From NCBI RefSeq assembly GCF_006345805.1, contig NC_043016.1, positions 7,254,001-7,318,000 of the forward strand: DNA of 64,000 bases. The letters are read 5' to 3'. Below, one piece after another: positions 51,673 to 64,000 of the stretch. The notes under the pieces are model-generated. The model was not told where the DNA came from. It saw nothing but the letters and a program-made list of their open reading frames with translations, and ran no database searches. A program made the translations under genes and the position numbers. The number at the start of each line of letters is the position of its first letter. Position 1 is the stretch's first letter. The stretch comes from Octopus sinensis (taxonomy: Eukaryota).

Positions 51673-52170
51673 AAGCCAAGCCATTTGTATTCTAGCTATT
51701 GCACTCTCCGTACATCTCCAACTACTAATTTGGCCACAACCTCTAGAGAGCCTCGGAGGTATTTGAGAAGATCAGTTTCTTGAGTATCCAGTTTCTTTGG
51801 CTCCTACGCATCTTCCACATACAGGCACTCCTTTCTCTGATAACCTTCCTATTATTCCGCTACACCTCTTGTGTGTCCATAGCTTATGTTGGGCGAATGG
51901 AATTCCTGTATGGAATTTCTGCCTGCACCTTGCCTATATGTGTGCATGTGGATATATATATATCTCTATATATATATAAAGCTGAAGTTGTCTGTATGTG
52001 GCAGGTTTGGTAGCCTTCAACTAACACTATCTCTTCTGAGACCATGCGGCGCAAGTTGACCAAAATTGAGAGTATGATAGAAGAAGGTTTGCTCTTCCTT
52101 CTGTAGAAGAAAAAAATTCAAATCAGACCATATTAACACCAAAAATTATTTACATCAAAAAGGTGCTTTT
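51673..52170. repeat. Inverted duplicate of 60562-61063 (RTE relic plus Helitron 5' part)
   Basis: Near-identical reverse complement. The ORFs MAPTHLPHTGTPFSDNLP appear at both loci. Confidence 0.92.
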
Positions 52171-52189
52171 GATATGGTATTTATTTTAT

Positions 52190-52373
52190 GGTGGCACGTA
52201 AAAAGCACCCACTACACTCACGGAGTGGTTGGCGTTAGGAAGGGCATCCAGCCGTAGAAACACTGCCAGATCAGACTGGACCTGATGCAGCCTTCTGGCT
52301 TCACAGACCCCAGTTGAACCGTCCAACCCATGCTAGCATGGAAAGCGGACGCTAAATGATGATGATGATGATG
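52190..52373 (+). mobile_element. Repeat family 'C'
   Basis: Family homology and a (gat)n tail. Confidence 0.8.
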
Positions 52374-53077
52374 AACCTTGTAGGGATTGTTTTTTTCCTT
52401 TCATTTTATATATATTTTCTTCCCTTTCTCCTTATAACTTGTCTTTATTTGCTGTTCAGTTTAAAGACTTCACCTTTCCTTGTTGTTGTACTTGTTTCAT
52501 TTTGTTTCTGTTCATGTTCATCTTTCATCCCCTTTCATTTTTACCCCAGCAGCTTATGTTGCTGATACTGAACAATATTATTATAGACTAGCAGTTAAGC
52601 CCAGTTTCACCCGGTCTGTTTGGATGATGTGGCTGTGATCGTTTTCGGTTAGGCATAATCTATAACAGCATTTCTCAACCTTATCATTTTGGGGTCCCCT
52701 GTTTCGATTGGAGCCTCCAGCTGTATGAAAATTTCTTCACCCCTGTCAGAAAACAGCTTCAGGAGTTGTGAAGAAAGAATTTGTATGTAGTCTGTTTCTG
52801 AGAAAACTGTGATGATATTTGGCTGTTCGTTGAATGTGCTTTTCTGTTACTCTATATATTTCCCGTTGTCATATTTCTGTGTTATATTTTTATTATGAAA
52901 ACAAATGCTGATCTGGTTGAATTTTTAACTCAGTGTGTAGAAGGACAAGGCTAAAAAGCTTGACCTGTTCATTGCCATATTTCTGCTGAAATACACCACT
53001 TTTGTTTCTATTAAATTTGTAAATAATGAAGAATTTTGTGAAATAACTTTGGTGTTATTAAGCTGATGTTTGGCTCA

Positions 53078-53280
53078 TAAATTAGCATGAAATTTTAATT
53101 GAAGGTTTTCAATTAGCTTGAAATTTTAATTGAAGGTTTTAAATTAGCATGAAATTTTAATTGGAGATTTTAAATTAGCATGAAATTTTAATTGAAGATT
53201 TCACTTAAAAACAAGAAACTTGTTTCAAAGAAACTTGTTTCAAAGAAACTTGTTTCAAAGAAACTTGTTTCAAAGAAACA
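53078..53280. repeat. Two adjacent tandem arrays: about 30-bp units x4 (ttagcatgaaattttaattgaaggttttaa) and 15-bp units x4 (agaaacttgtttcaa)
   Basis: Direct observation. Confidence 0.9.
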
Positions 53281-53594
53281 TTGGTAATCTCAGGTTGGCT
53301 GGTATCAAGAGTTAAAATGTTTTGTCTGGTCCCTTTTTACCTCTCTGCTATCTATCTCCCTACCTCCTTTTAATTTGATAAAGGCTTACAGAATCTCACA
53401 TTTACAGAGATAAGATTGTGGCATCTATCCCTTAAATAGGTATTGGAATCAGTTTACAGACTCATTTTATCAGGAGCTTTAAACAATAAAAGAGCTTTTA
53501 ACAATAAAGATCACACCATTTCATACATATTACTTTTGGAATTGAACAATAGATGGCATGGTTTTGGTATTTTTATTAGAAACTTAAGCTTATT

Positions 53595-53636
<42 letters not shown>

Positions 53637-53997
53637 TATATATGGCTATTCAATCTGCTAAAAATAGCAACACCTGACTATCTTAGAAAAGGTTAAATAA
53701 TGTTGTCCTAGGTGCACTGTATCTTTAAAAAAAAAGACAAGGTAGTAATGGCCTTAATAACATTTGATCATTTCTTTTGATGATCAGGGCTGACCCAGAG
53801 GTTAAAAATGACGACTGTAAAATTCATGTGCAGGTTAAATTAATGAAGAGATGTGCTTACTGGACTTTATCACAACTATTGCCATAGAAAATATATTTAG
53901 TACATGTGCTGTTAAAGCAACTACTCTAAGCAAAGCTAGAATAAAATCAACAACATTATCATTAAACTAGTGAATAACTTCATTAAAAAATTATGTA

Positions 53998-54337
53998 GGT
54001 GCCGGAGTGGCTGTGTGGTAAGTAGCTTGCTTACACACCACATGGTTCCAGGTTCAGTCCCACTGCGTTACACTTTGGGCAAGTGTCTTCTACTATAGCC
54101 TCGGGCCAACCAAAGCCTTGTGAGTGGATTTGGTTGATGGAAACTGAAAGAAGCCCATCATATATATGTATATGTGTGTGTGCGTGTTTGTCCCCCCAAC
54201 ATCGCTTAGCGGTTTGGCAAAAGAGACTGATAAAATAAGTACTAGACTTACAAAGAATAAGTCCCGGGGTCGATTTGCTCGACTAAAGGCGGTGCTCCAG
54301 CATGGCCACAGTCAAATGACTGAAACAAGTAAAAGAG
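53998..54337 (+). mobile_element. SINE family 'B'
   Basis: Family homology. Confidence 0.85.
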
Positions 54338-54529
54338 AGTATTCTAATTGGTTATTAATATAAGGTTAGAAGAAGAATAATACAGGCACATTGAAGCCAA
54401 ATATAATGAATCTGTAAAATATAAACTTAAAAATCAGAGGATAAAGAAGATAGCAAATGAAGCAGATATACAAATGTAAATAAAACTGAACCACTCATTC
54501 TTGGTACTGTTCTGAATATGATCCATTCT

Positions 54530-55600
54530 TGAAGACTTGGAGAAACTGTGCTTAGAAGCCATCATCAGCTGTGGATTCCCAAGATCACAATGGAATTCTA
54601 GTGTGCATTGGCAGCAGATGGATCTCCTGATTAAAGGAGCCTGTCCATTCCACAGCCTAGCCTATTATTTTCAAGGATGAGGTACAATGATCAAGCAGCA
54701 GTACTCTATTGAGACAATCATCATTATCATCATCGTTTAACGTCCGTTTTCCGTGCTAGCATGGGTTGGACGGTTCGACCGGGGTCTGGGAAGCCAGGAG
54801 GCTGCACCAGGTTCCAGTCTGATCTGGCAGTGTTTCTACAGCTTGATGCCCTTCCTAATGCCAACCACTCCGTGAGTGTAGTGGGTGCTTTTTACGTGCC
54901 ACCGGCACAGGTGCCAGGGGAGGCTGGCAGCGGACACGATTGGTTGGTGCTTTTTACATGCTACTGGCACAGAAACCAGTCAAGGCGGCGCTGGCATCGG
55001 CCAGATGATATTAACCATTTCCACCCGACTGGTTAGGAACAACCTTCAATTAGCTCCTTTCTGATGAAGACTGGCCATTCTTCACAAGATTGCTTATGGA
55101 TTTGTTTTATTCCTTGAAGGTCTGATCTGAATCAGACATTAGCACCTGCACCTTGGTCCAGTCTCAGCCTCTGCTGTCTTACATGGCATTGCCTGAATTG
55201 TAAACTTACTTGATCTGTTCCAGTTAATACATGCTCCTGTTATTTCCTCATACTCTGCCAGTATGGTACCAACCACCTCAATTTCTGATGTGTCTGGCAT
55301 CATAACCATGACATTATCCACATATGTAAAATATCTCTTAATATTCCAACTTCTACAGCAAAGGCTTCAGCCCCCAAAGAACATGCTTGGCAGCCTGAGT
55401 GTGTGATGGGAAATGGTCCTGCTTGGCATTCATTTAGTTGGAACACTGAACAAATGTCTCTGTACATTGTAGCAAACTAGCCCCTGAAAGCATGAATGAT
55501 ATTGGCTGTGCTTAGGACAACTGATGATGATAACGGTCAGCTCTATCATATACTTTAAGCTGATCTAAATTTATCAGAGCTCCCATTAAGGGTGGCGGAT
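54530..55600 (-). pseudogene. Tx1/L1-like reverse transcriptase relic, interrupted by a family C repeat (54720-55000)
   Basis: ALINLDQLKVYDRAD (cf. LSLDQEKAFDRVD), YVDNV (cf. YADDV), YEEITGACINWNRS (cf. ASGLKINxxKS) and LWNGQAPLIRRS...DLGNPQL (cf. FLWxG...GGLGLP). Confidence 0.7.
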
Positions 55601-57049
55601 TGATTTGCTCTTCTTTTAATCTATTGTTCCGTGTTGCTACAACTTTACTAAAACTGGCAGATTCTGGTCTAATTTTCTGACTGTACCTGTCAATTTTCAT
55701 GTAACTAATTGTCTAATCTTGACGCTGAACCCTTTCTATATTAAGAAAGATTCATTTAGTTTCTTGAATCTAGAATCTTAATTATAAATTAAGCTGACTG
55801 TATGGATAATGAATGTCTGGTCTCTGTAGCAAACTATCTATAATTATGAATAAATACTATTTGTGTTAGTTAACTTCATGAAAACTGCATTTAAGTACAG
55901 CCTGCATTACCTGCTTCAGATTATAAGGATGAAGTTGGTTAAGATGATGCTGATGATGACGATGATAGTAAAGATGATGAGGATGATAATAGTGATGATG
56001 GAGGTGATGATGATGATGATGACAATAGTGACAGCGATAATGCTAATAATAAGGTTGAAGCTAATGATTATTAATGGTAAAGATGCTGATCATGATATTA
56101 ATGATTCAAATAACAACAACAATAACAATAATGATAATAATAATAATAATAATAAATTGAGATGAAAAAACATGATAGGAATATTTATCAGAGGCTGCAA
56201 CATTTTATGTTGTTGCAAATTTTTATTAAATGTTTTTTTTTTAATTGCAAATATGTCATTGAGTGATTGATCTGGTGAAAAATATTCAAAGAAACCTGAT
56301 TGGTTTGCTGGTAAAAATGCTTTGGTAATTCTTATGTTGTAACCTCTGGCAACGACATCATATATCGATTGATATTTAGAAATGGACATTTAAAAGCTAA
56401 ACAAACTTTTCTTTTTTGACATTTCCCTACAAAATTATTGATTAAATAAACTTCTCTTGTTCTTTCCTTCCAGCTTTATTTTTTTTTCATTTCTTCTTTC
56501 TTTTCTTTCTCCTTGTTTTTTTTTTCTTTCCTTCTGTACATTTGTTGATGTTATATCAATAACTTCCTTGGCTCTTTATTTCTCTCTTTCTTTGTTTTCC
56601 TTTCTTCCTTTTGTCTTTTCTTTTTTTTTTCTTAGACTATTCTTTCTATCTTCCTTTTTTCTACCTTCCTGTTACATATGCATAATAAAGACTGGTATAT
56701 ATTGCTTGTTTGTGTGTGTGTGTATGTATATGTCTGTTCTATCCAGTGATATGTCTGTCTATACACCTACCCATCCATTTGTCTCTCATTTATTTACCTA
56801 CCCATGCACCCAACTAACCACCCACCCATTTTAGACATCTAGGTCAAGTCCAAAACTTGGTTACAATCTCTTGGCTGAATATATATTTTCATTTCATTTG
56901 TAACACAAATATCATTGAGAAAGGTATGAACATCATATCTTATAATTTTTCTGTAAAATACCTGTCCTTTTTACCTCTTAATACATTTTCTTTTCTGTCT
57001 AGCAGTAAACTCCATATTAAATGGTGTTTTGATGCTTGATAGCTCCAAG

Positions 57050-58525
57050 AGAAATGTCAAGAACAGAATGTTAACTTGTACTCCATCCATGTCAGTCTGA
57101 CCAAGATTTTTGACCCTGAGAATGGAGAAAGTCTATGGCAACTCATAGCAGAATATGGATGCCTTAGAAAATTCATCACCATTGTATGACATATATCATC
57201 ATGCTAGCTAGGGTTTAAGGTATTGCAGGATTATTATAACCATTCTCTATCTGCAGTGGTGTAAAACAGGGTTGCGTTTTTGCTCCCATTCTATTCACTT
57301 ATGTTATAAGACATGCTGACTGACGTCTTCAAATTTGAAGACACAGATATTGGCATTGGTATTAGATAACACACTGATGGCTCAAGTGTCAGCCTTTGGA
57401 AATTCCAAGCAAAAGCTAAGGTTTCAATAGACAACATCAATAACTTTACTGATGACTTTGCCCTCTGTTCCATCAGAGGCTAACATACAATAATGCATTT
57501 TTATGATAGCTGTTAGAATTTCAGTGTGATAATCAGTACAAGGATGTCTGAAGCAATGTATCAGCTAGCTCCAAGAAAGACATGCACTGAACCCAACATC
57601 TTCATCAACCAGTATTAACTGAATGTAGTGTACAAGTTCCCTTACCTAGGAAGTGTATTCTCTTGTTCTCACGGCATTACCAGCCCACACATGTGCACCT
57701 TGTCCTTCTTTGGACACTAAAACTCTGCTTGCGAAGACCTGTTGAGGCAAGTGAAATCAAAATCAAATTCGATGACTGGCGTCCGTGCTAGCGGGGTGCA
57801 AAGAGCACCATACAAGTGTGATCATTGACAGAGCAGCTAACCGGCTTCTGTGCCAGTGGCACTTAAAAGGCACCATTCAAGCATGATCGTTACCAGTATC
57901 GCCTTACTGGCACCTGTGCCAGTGGCATGTGTAAAAGATTCGAGCGAGGTCGTTGCCAGTACCGCCTGTCTGACCCCGTGCCGGTGGCACGTAAAAGCAC
58001 CCACTACACTCTCGGAGTGGTTGGCATTAGGAAGGGCATCCAGCTGTAGAAACTCTGCCAGATCAAGATTGAAGCCTGGTGCAGCCCTCTGGTTTGCCAG
58101 CCCTCAGTCATTCATCCAACCCATGCTAGCATGAAAAGTGGACGTTAAACAATGATGATGATGATGATGAGAAGAATGTGAGACACACCATGGCCAGAAC
58201 CACATTCAGCAGATTTCACAAGAATGTCTGAAATCGGAGAGGCTTCATTCTAAAGACAAATATGAGGATGTAGTGTACTGGACCAAAGCTCTTCTCACTC
58301 TACTAACCATGGACTGTCTGTGAACAGTGTGCAAGGAAGCTGAGCCACTTCCAAACCATCTGCTTCTGAAAAATCTTGATAAATGGAAAAATAGGATTCC
58401 TGACTCAGATATGCTCCCTGGTGCAAAGCTGCCCAATATCTGCACAATTGTGATGTCGTGGCTGCTGCATTGGGTAGATCATGTAGTCATAGGTCAGAAC
58501 ACTGACTCCCCCAAGGTATTCTATT
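57050..58525 (+). pseudogene. RTE (BovB-like) LINE reverse transcriptase relic, interrupted by a family C element (57680-58169)
   Basis: KCQEQNVNLY..VSLTKIFD..NGESLWQL...GC..KFITIV, GVKQGCVFAPILF, FTDDFAL, KFPYLGS and WKNRIPDSDML. Confidence 0.8.
57680..58169 (+). mobile_element. Repeat family 'C', longest copy
   Basis: Internal tandem tgccagtggcac subrepeats and a (gat)n tail. Confidence 0.8.
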
Positions 58526-58527
58526 AG

Positions 58528-58760
58528 GGTGGCGAGCTGGCAGAAATGTTAGCATGCCGGGCGAAATGTGTACCATATTTCGTCTGCCATTACATTCTGA
58601 GTTCAAATTCTGCCAAGGTCGATTTTGCCTTTCATCCTTTCGGGGTCAATTAAATAAGTACCAGTTATGCACTGGCTGTCGATGTAATCAACTTAATCCA
58701 TTTGTCTGTCCTTGTTTGTCCTCTCTGTGTTTAGCCCCTTGTGGGTAGTAAAGAAATAGG
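58528..58760 (+). mobile_element. SINE family 'A' with TSD
   Basis: aggtattctatt is duplicated on both sides. Confidence 0.88.
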
Positions 58761-59460
58761 TATTCTATTTGTGAACTTAACACAATAACACACCTTAAGA
58801 GCCTGTAAAAGCACTATATTTTGTATGTTTATACAATATTAATTGTTATTGCTGTAGCTGCACAAGTTCTTTTTTACTTGTCATTGGACTACTGAACAAA
58901 TCATTGCTATTAGATATTTTCTTTAATCTCTTAGCATTCAGATTATTCTGTCAAAGCTTATTTATTCACATTGTTTTGAATTAATCATGCATCTTCTTAT
59001 AGCTTTGAGATTTTCATGATGTGATTGCTTATGTTTAGAAGGACATTGTAGGGTGAGTGTGAGAGACAAGATCTGGCCAGTTTGAACATAAAGGAGGCAG
59101 AATATCTAGGCTGGACATGGCCGGTTTGAATGCCAAAGGGTTAAATCTGGTACTTATTCTATTTTTTCTTAGTTATGGAGACGTAAACAAACCACTACTG
59201 GCTTTCAGTTTTTTTTTCTTTTTGCCTATCAAGTTTACTTACAGTTTTTACTGGCTTAAGGCTATAATTAATGATACTTGCTCTAAGTGTTGGAAGGTAA
59301 GACTGAACCTGAAACCACGTGGTCAAAAGTGAACTTCTTAAACACTCATCAATTTCTGTATGCATTTTCTTTCGCGTGTGTGTGTGTGTGAGAGAGAGAG
59401 AGAGAAGGATACTAAAAATAAAAGCATCTCTGTAAAATTATTTATACACACACACACTCA

Positions 59461-59688
59461 TATTTCTTTACTGCCCACAAGGGGCTACACACAGAGGGGA
59501 CAAACAAGGACAGACAAACAGATTAAGTCGATTATATTGACCCCAATGCATAACTGGTACTTATTTAATTAACCCCAAAAGGATGAAAGGCAAAGTCAAC
59601 CTTGGCGGAATTTGAACTCAGAACGTAGCGGCTGATGAAATACTGCTAAGCATTTCACCCGGCGTGGCAACAATTCTGCCAGCTCACC
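59461..59688 (-). mobile_element. SINE family 'A'
   Basis: Family homology. Confidence 0.85.
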
Positions 59689-60324
59689 AATTGTTGGTGT
59701 TAGAAAGGGCATCCAGCCATAAAAACCCTACCAAAGTAGACAGTGAAGCCTGGTGCAGTTTTCTGCCTAGCCAGCTCCTGTCAAACCATCCAATCCATGC
59801 TAGCATGGAAAATGGACGTTAAATGATGACGATGACACACACTCACTCTAATCATAAGCTTTCCACCACACAATATACGACATTCTGTTATGTGTATAAG
59901 TCTTATAATCTGTTTGTCTTGTTCTCTTTGTTGTCAGCAGGAGACTATGTACCTACATAAAAGCTCTTTCATGTTAACTACACACATGTAAAGTGTATGT
60001 TGTGAATAAATGGATGCTTATTTATTGTTGAGCTTGGATTCAACTGTGAATCAGTTTTTTTTGGGGTTTTTTTTGGTATTTTTTTTTTTATGTTTAAATA
60101 AGATTTGATTCATGAACATAATATAAAAGAATTAAAGAATTATGGGAATATTATCATGTACTTTTTTGTTAAATGAAAACATATACATATACACTCCCAA
60201 CCACAAACTTAATCTTTTTTAAGGATATGTGTGCTTTTGTGAATGTATGTACTTATATACTAACATCTATTTATTTATTTGTGTTTGTGTGTGTATTTGT
60301 CTGAAGGTGTGTGTGTTATTTATG

Positions 60325-60372
<48 letters not shown>

Positions 60373-60373
<1 letters not shown>

Positions 60374-60764
60374 TAGCAGTATCACCTGGCGTTGCTCGGG
60401 TTTGTTTCGACCCTTTAGAATTGGAATTTTTGAAAAGTAAAAATTTTGCATTATGTAGCTTGTTATTCTCTTTAAGTGAACATTTTTCTGGTTGAAATAC
60501 ACCGAAAAATGGCGACACAGCAGTCAAAAAAATCATAAAAAATAGGGATTTTCATAGAAAAAAAAGTACCTTTTTGATGTAAATAATTTTTGGTGTTAAC
60601 ATGGTCCGATTTGAATTTTTTCTTCTACGGAAGGAAGAGCAAGCCTTCTTTGATCATACTCTCAATTTTGGTCAACTTGCGCCGCAGGGTCTCGGAGGAG
60701 ATAGTGTTAGTTGAAGGCTACTAAACCTGCCACACACAGACAACTTCAGCTTTATATATATAGA
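60373..60764 (-). mobile_element. Non-autonomous Helitron-like element
   Basis: The - strand starts TCtatatatataaagctg and ends in a ccgagcaacgccagg hairpin plus CTAG|T. Confidence 0.75.
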
Positions 60765-60879
60765 TATATATATATATATATATCCACATGCACACATATA
60801 GGCAAGGTGCAGGCAGAAATTCCATACAGGAAAATCCATTCACCCAACATAAGCTATGGACACACAAGAGGTGTAGCGG

Positions 60880-61745
60880 AATAATAGGAAGGTTATCAGA
60901 GAAAGGAGTGCCTGTATGTGGAAGATGCGTAGGAGCCAAAGAAACTGGATACTCAAGAAACTGATCTTCTCAAATACCTCCGAGGCTCTCTAGAGGTTGT
61001 GGCCAAATTAGTAGTTGGAGATGTACGGAGAGTGCAATAGCTAGAATATAAATGGCTTGGCTTGGTTTATTGGTTTCTTATTTCTTTACTGCCCACAAGT
61101 GGCTACACACAGAGGGGACAAACAAGGACAGACAAACTGATTAGGTCGATTATATTGACCCCAGTGTGTAACTGGTAATTCTTTAATTGACCCCAAAAGG
61201 ATGAAAGGCAAAGTTGACCTCGGCAGAGTTTGAACTCAGAACATAGCGGCAGATGAAATTCTGCTAAGCATTTTGCCCGGCATGCTAACGTTTCTGCCAG
61301 CTCGCCACTTGGTTTATTGGTTTCATGCTCTTGGTTGATGTGGCTGGGGCCATTTCAAGTTAGTGGTCTTAGAGGCATCATCATGCATTGAGCTGACCAG
61401 GTCCATCAGTGCTCTCCATCACCGGTGGCCCTTTACCAGCTCCTCCACATCTTCCAAGGTGATGTTGTACCTCTGGAGATCTCCAATCATGAGTGAAAAG
61501 AGAAGATTGTATGATACATATATACAAACAGCAATTATACATGGTACTGAGTCATGGGTCCTGAATGCAGAGGATATGCGGAAGCTCAAGAGGAATGAGG
61601 CTAGTATGCTCTGCTGGATGTATAATGTAAGTTATATGTTCAACAGAGTGCTAGTGTATTGAGAGAGAAGCTAGGCATAAGAGAAATTAGATGTAGTGTG
61701 CAAGAGAGAAGACTGCACTGGTTTGGTCACATGATGCAGATACAT
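60880..61745 (+). pseudogene. RTE LINE relic split by a SINE
   Basis: GSLEVVAK...CTESAIARI*MAW, then KRRLYDTYIQTAIIHGTESWVL..EDMRKLKRNEASMLCWM, then RRLHWFGHM. Confidence 0.75.
61078..61307 (-). mobile_element. SINE family 'A' with 17-bp TSD
   Basis: cttggtttattggtttc is present on both sides. Confidence 0.88.
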
Positions 61746-61874
61746 CATGTGTCCCAAAGTACTGAAGTATGAGATAAGAAAGGACTGAGATATGTAGTGC
61801 CTTACTGTAGTCAAGAAGACCTGTCCTCCACAGCAGAAGTGTTAAGGCCATTCACCCTGGCCTGAAAGAGTCTT

Positions 61875-62092
61875 GTGCCAGTGCCATGTAAAAAGCGGTC
61901 ATGCTGGTACCATGTAAAATGCTCATACTGGTGCCATGTTAAAAGCACCCAGCACAAACTGTAAAGTGGTTGGTGTTAGGAAGGGCATCCAGCTATAGAA
62001 ACCAAACCAAATCAGACTGCAACTGGGTATGGCACTCCGGCTTGCCAGCTCTGGTCAAACTGTCCAACATATGCCAGCATGGAAAACTGACA
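61875..62092 (+). mobile_element. Repeat family 'C', diverged
   Basis: Family homology. Confidence 0.7.
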
Positions 62093-64000
62093 TTAACCCT
62101 TTCGTTACCAACCTGGCTGAAACTGGCTCTGAATACAAATGTCTTGTTTTCATGAGTTTTGAACTAAAATCTTCCACCAAGCTTTAGTCACAATTTATGT
62201 TCCTAACACTAGCTGAATGATAACAGTTATTTTACTAAATTCTTTGTTATATTTAAAATTAATTGAAAGAAACACAGAGCATCTCAACAGAAATACAGTA
62301 ATAAAAGTGTTAAAGGATGATGATAATGATAATGATTATGACACATACATACACACATGCATGCGTGTGTATGTATGTATGTGTGTGTGTGTGTGTGTGT
62401 GTGTAAAAGATAAATTTAAAGTAAACAAAAAGATCTTAAAACTCTAAACAAATGTAAAGACAACTTATTATATCTTATTAATGTAGATTTATGTGCACGC
62501 ATGCACACTCACACACACACACATGTGCACATACCTGCATACATATAAATGCACATACATGTATACATACAGGTTAACAAACACACACACACACACACAC
62601 AGATTCATTTCTGTGTAGATGTGTCAAACCTTTAGTACATATTTACATTCATTTTCGGAATTTTGTCTTATTGTCTTAATTAGTCTGTTACAAGATAGAA
62701 CAGTTGACATTAATCCTTAAAAGCTGTCCCAGACTGGTGTGATTGATGTAGTTGATCTATCTGTCATCCACTTAAACCCATAATTAATTACTGGCTCCTC
62801 CATGTATCTTTGTTAATCAGAGAAATGATTAATTAATGAAATATATAATGATTAATTAATATCCATTTAACCTTCTCAGTTCTGCTCTCTTTCTTTTCCT
62901 TTCCATTCAGTTTTTCTGATTTCATTGATATTGATCTGTTTACACATAGAAAGAACAAATGCTTACATGTTAATTTTACATATCCATGCCTATATACATG
63001 TATACATTATATATATACTTATATGTATACATACTTTTACTAAAGCTATAAAAATCTTCCACAGTTCATTGGAGAGTTGTGATCACAACTGTCCAATGAA
63101 TAGAAATGTGAAGCTCTGATTAACAGTCTTGTGATAATTTTGTAGATTTAATAGAAGCATATTACTCTGCCTTTGGTAATCAAGTACTATTTTTTCCACC
63201 ATGTTTTGCATATGTGTATGTGTGTGTGTGTACACATTCATACAAAAGTACAACCCAAGACATAACAAACTTTAACAGAGTATATACATACACAGATAAC
63301 TATCCATACACAAAATTCATTCTGCCATTTATCATAAGGAACCTACACAGCCACTTTAGCCACTGGACTACATGCAAACAACTGCTGTCCACTCTCCCAT
63401 CAGACAGATTAAATTCGGAGTGCCTTGATTATAACTAAACATGTTCACTCAACCGTGTCAGCCTTCTTTTTAGGTCCAAAATATTCTGTCATATGACACT
63501 AATGCACGGACGTAGCAGGGAACAAAAGGTTATAAACTTAATCATGTGTTCATTCCCTACAAACACTTGACAGAAAACATTCAGAGCATTGATTGTTTGG
63601 ACTTATGACACCAAAAATCGTTCCTTGATACTAACACACAGACATAGCGGGTGGGGTGGGGGGATCTACATAGGTTTCTAAGACCAATCATGTGACTGTC
63701 CTCTACCAATCAAACCCTTGTCAAAACACTAATTTGAGCCATGAACTCCCTATAAAAACAGGTCAAACTTCAAACACTAGTTAGAAGCAAGATAGCTGTG
63801 ACATAAGCCGTATCTTTCTATTTGAACTTATTGCAAATCAGCGTAAACTGTGAAACCAGTTAAAGCTTCAAATATTTTAATAAAATACTAGCACTATGAC
63901 CCGGCAACACTGGGTCATAGTGCTAATGCATGCGTATACAGCTGCGTGCATGCGCACATACATGCAAGTACTGTCCAAATCTCAGACCAATCACATACAG

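Noticed and set aside
55863-56165. Met-rich 100-aa ORF
   Set aside because: It is (GAT)n / (AAT)n low-complexity sequence.
56263-56312. Possible small exon (IDLVKNIQRNLIGLL|gtaaaa)
   Set aside because: The acceptor is weak, and there is no recognisable homology or partner exon. It cannot be supported without RNA data.

Overview
AT-rich, microsatellite-dense animal genomic DNA. The SINE and microsatellite landscape suggests an octopus/cephalopod genome (inference). Only two intact genes are supported. One is a tRNA-Asp(GTC) at 13082-13153 (-). The other is a single-ORF 490-aa compact eIF4G-like gene at 28411-29883 (-), which has an eIF4E-binding-like motif and a MIF4G domain but no MA3 or W2 domain. 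Most of the remaining recognisable sequence is transposon debris: several SINE-like families; RTE, Tx1/L1-like and CRE-like non-LTR relics; a dead Tc1 transposon; mariner, hAT and Merlin-like MITEs; non-autonomous Helitrons; a MULE/FLYWCH relic; and Penelope-like repeats with hammerhead-type motifs. There is one 100-N assembly gap. Most ORFs in the track are microsatellite translations. The most notable signals are the divergent mini-eIF4G, a well-formed minimal type I hammerhead ribozyme (34191-34262, -), an exactly circularly permuted repeat unit inside a hAT MITE, and Merlin-like MITEs carrying TTAGGG repeats. All family assignments are by eye from recalled motifs; no searches were run.
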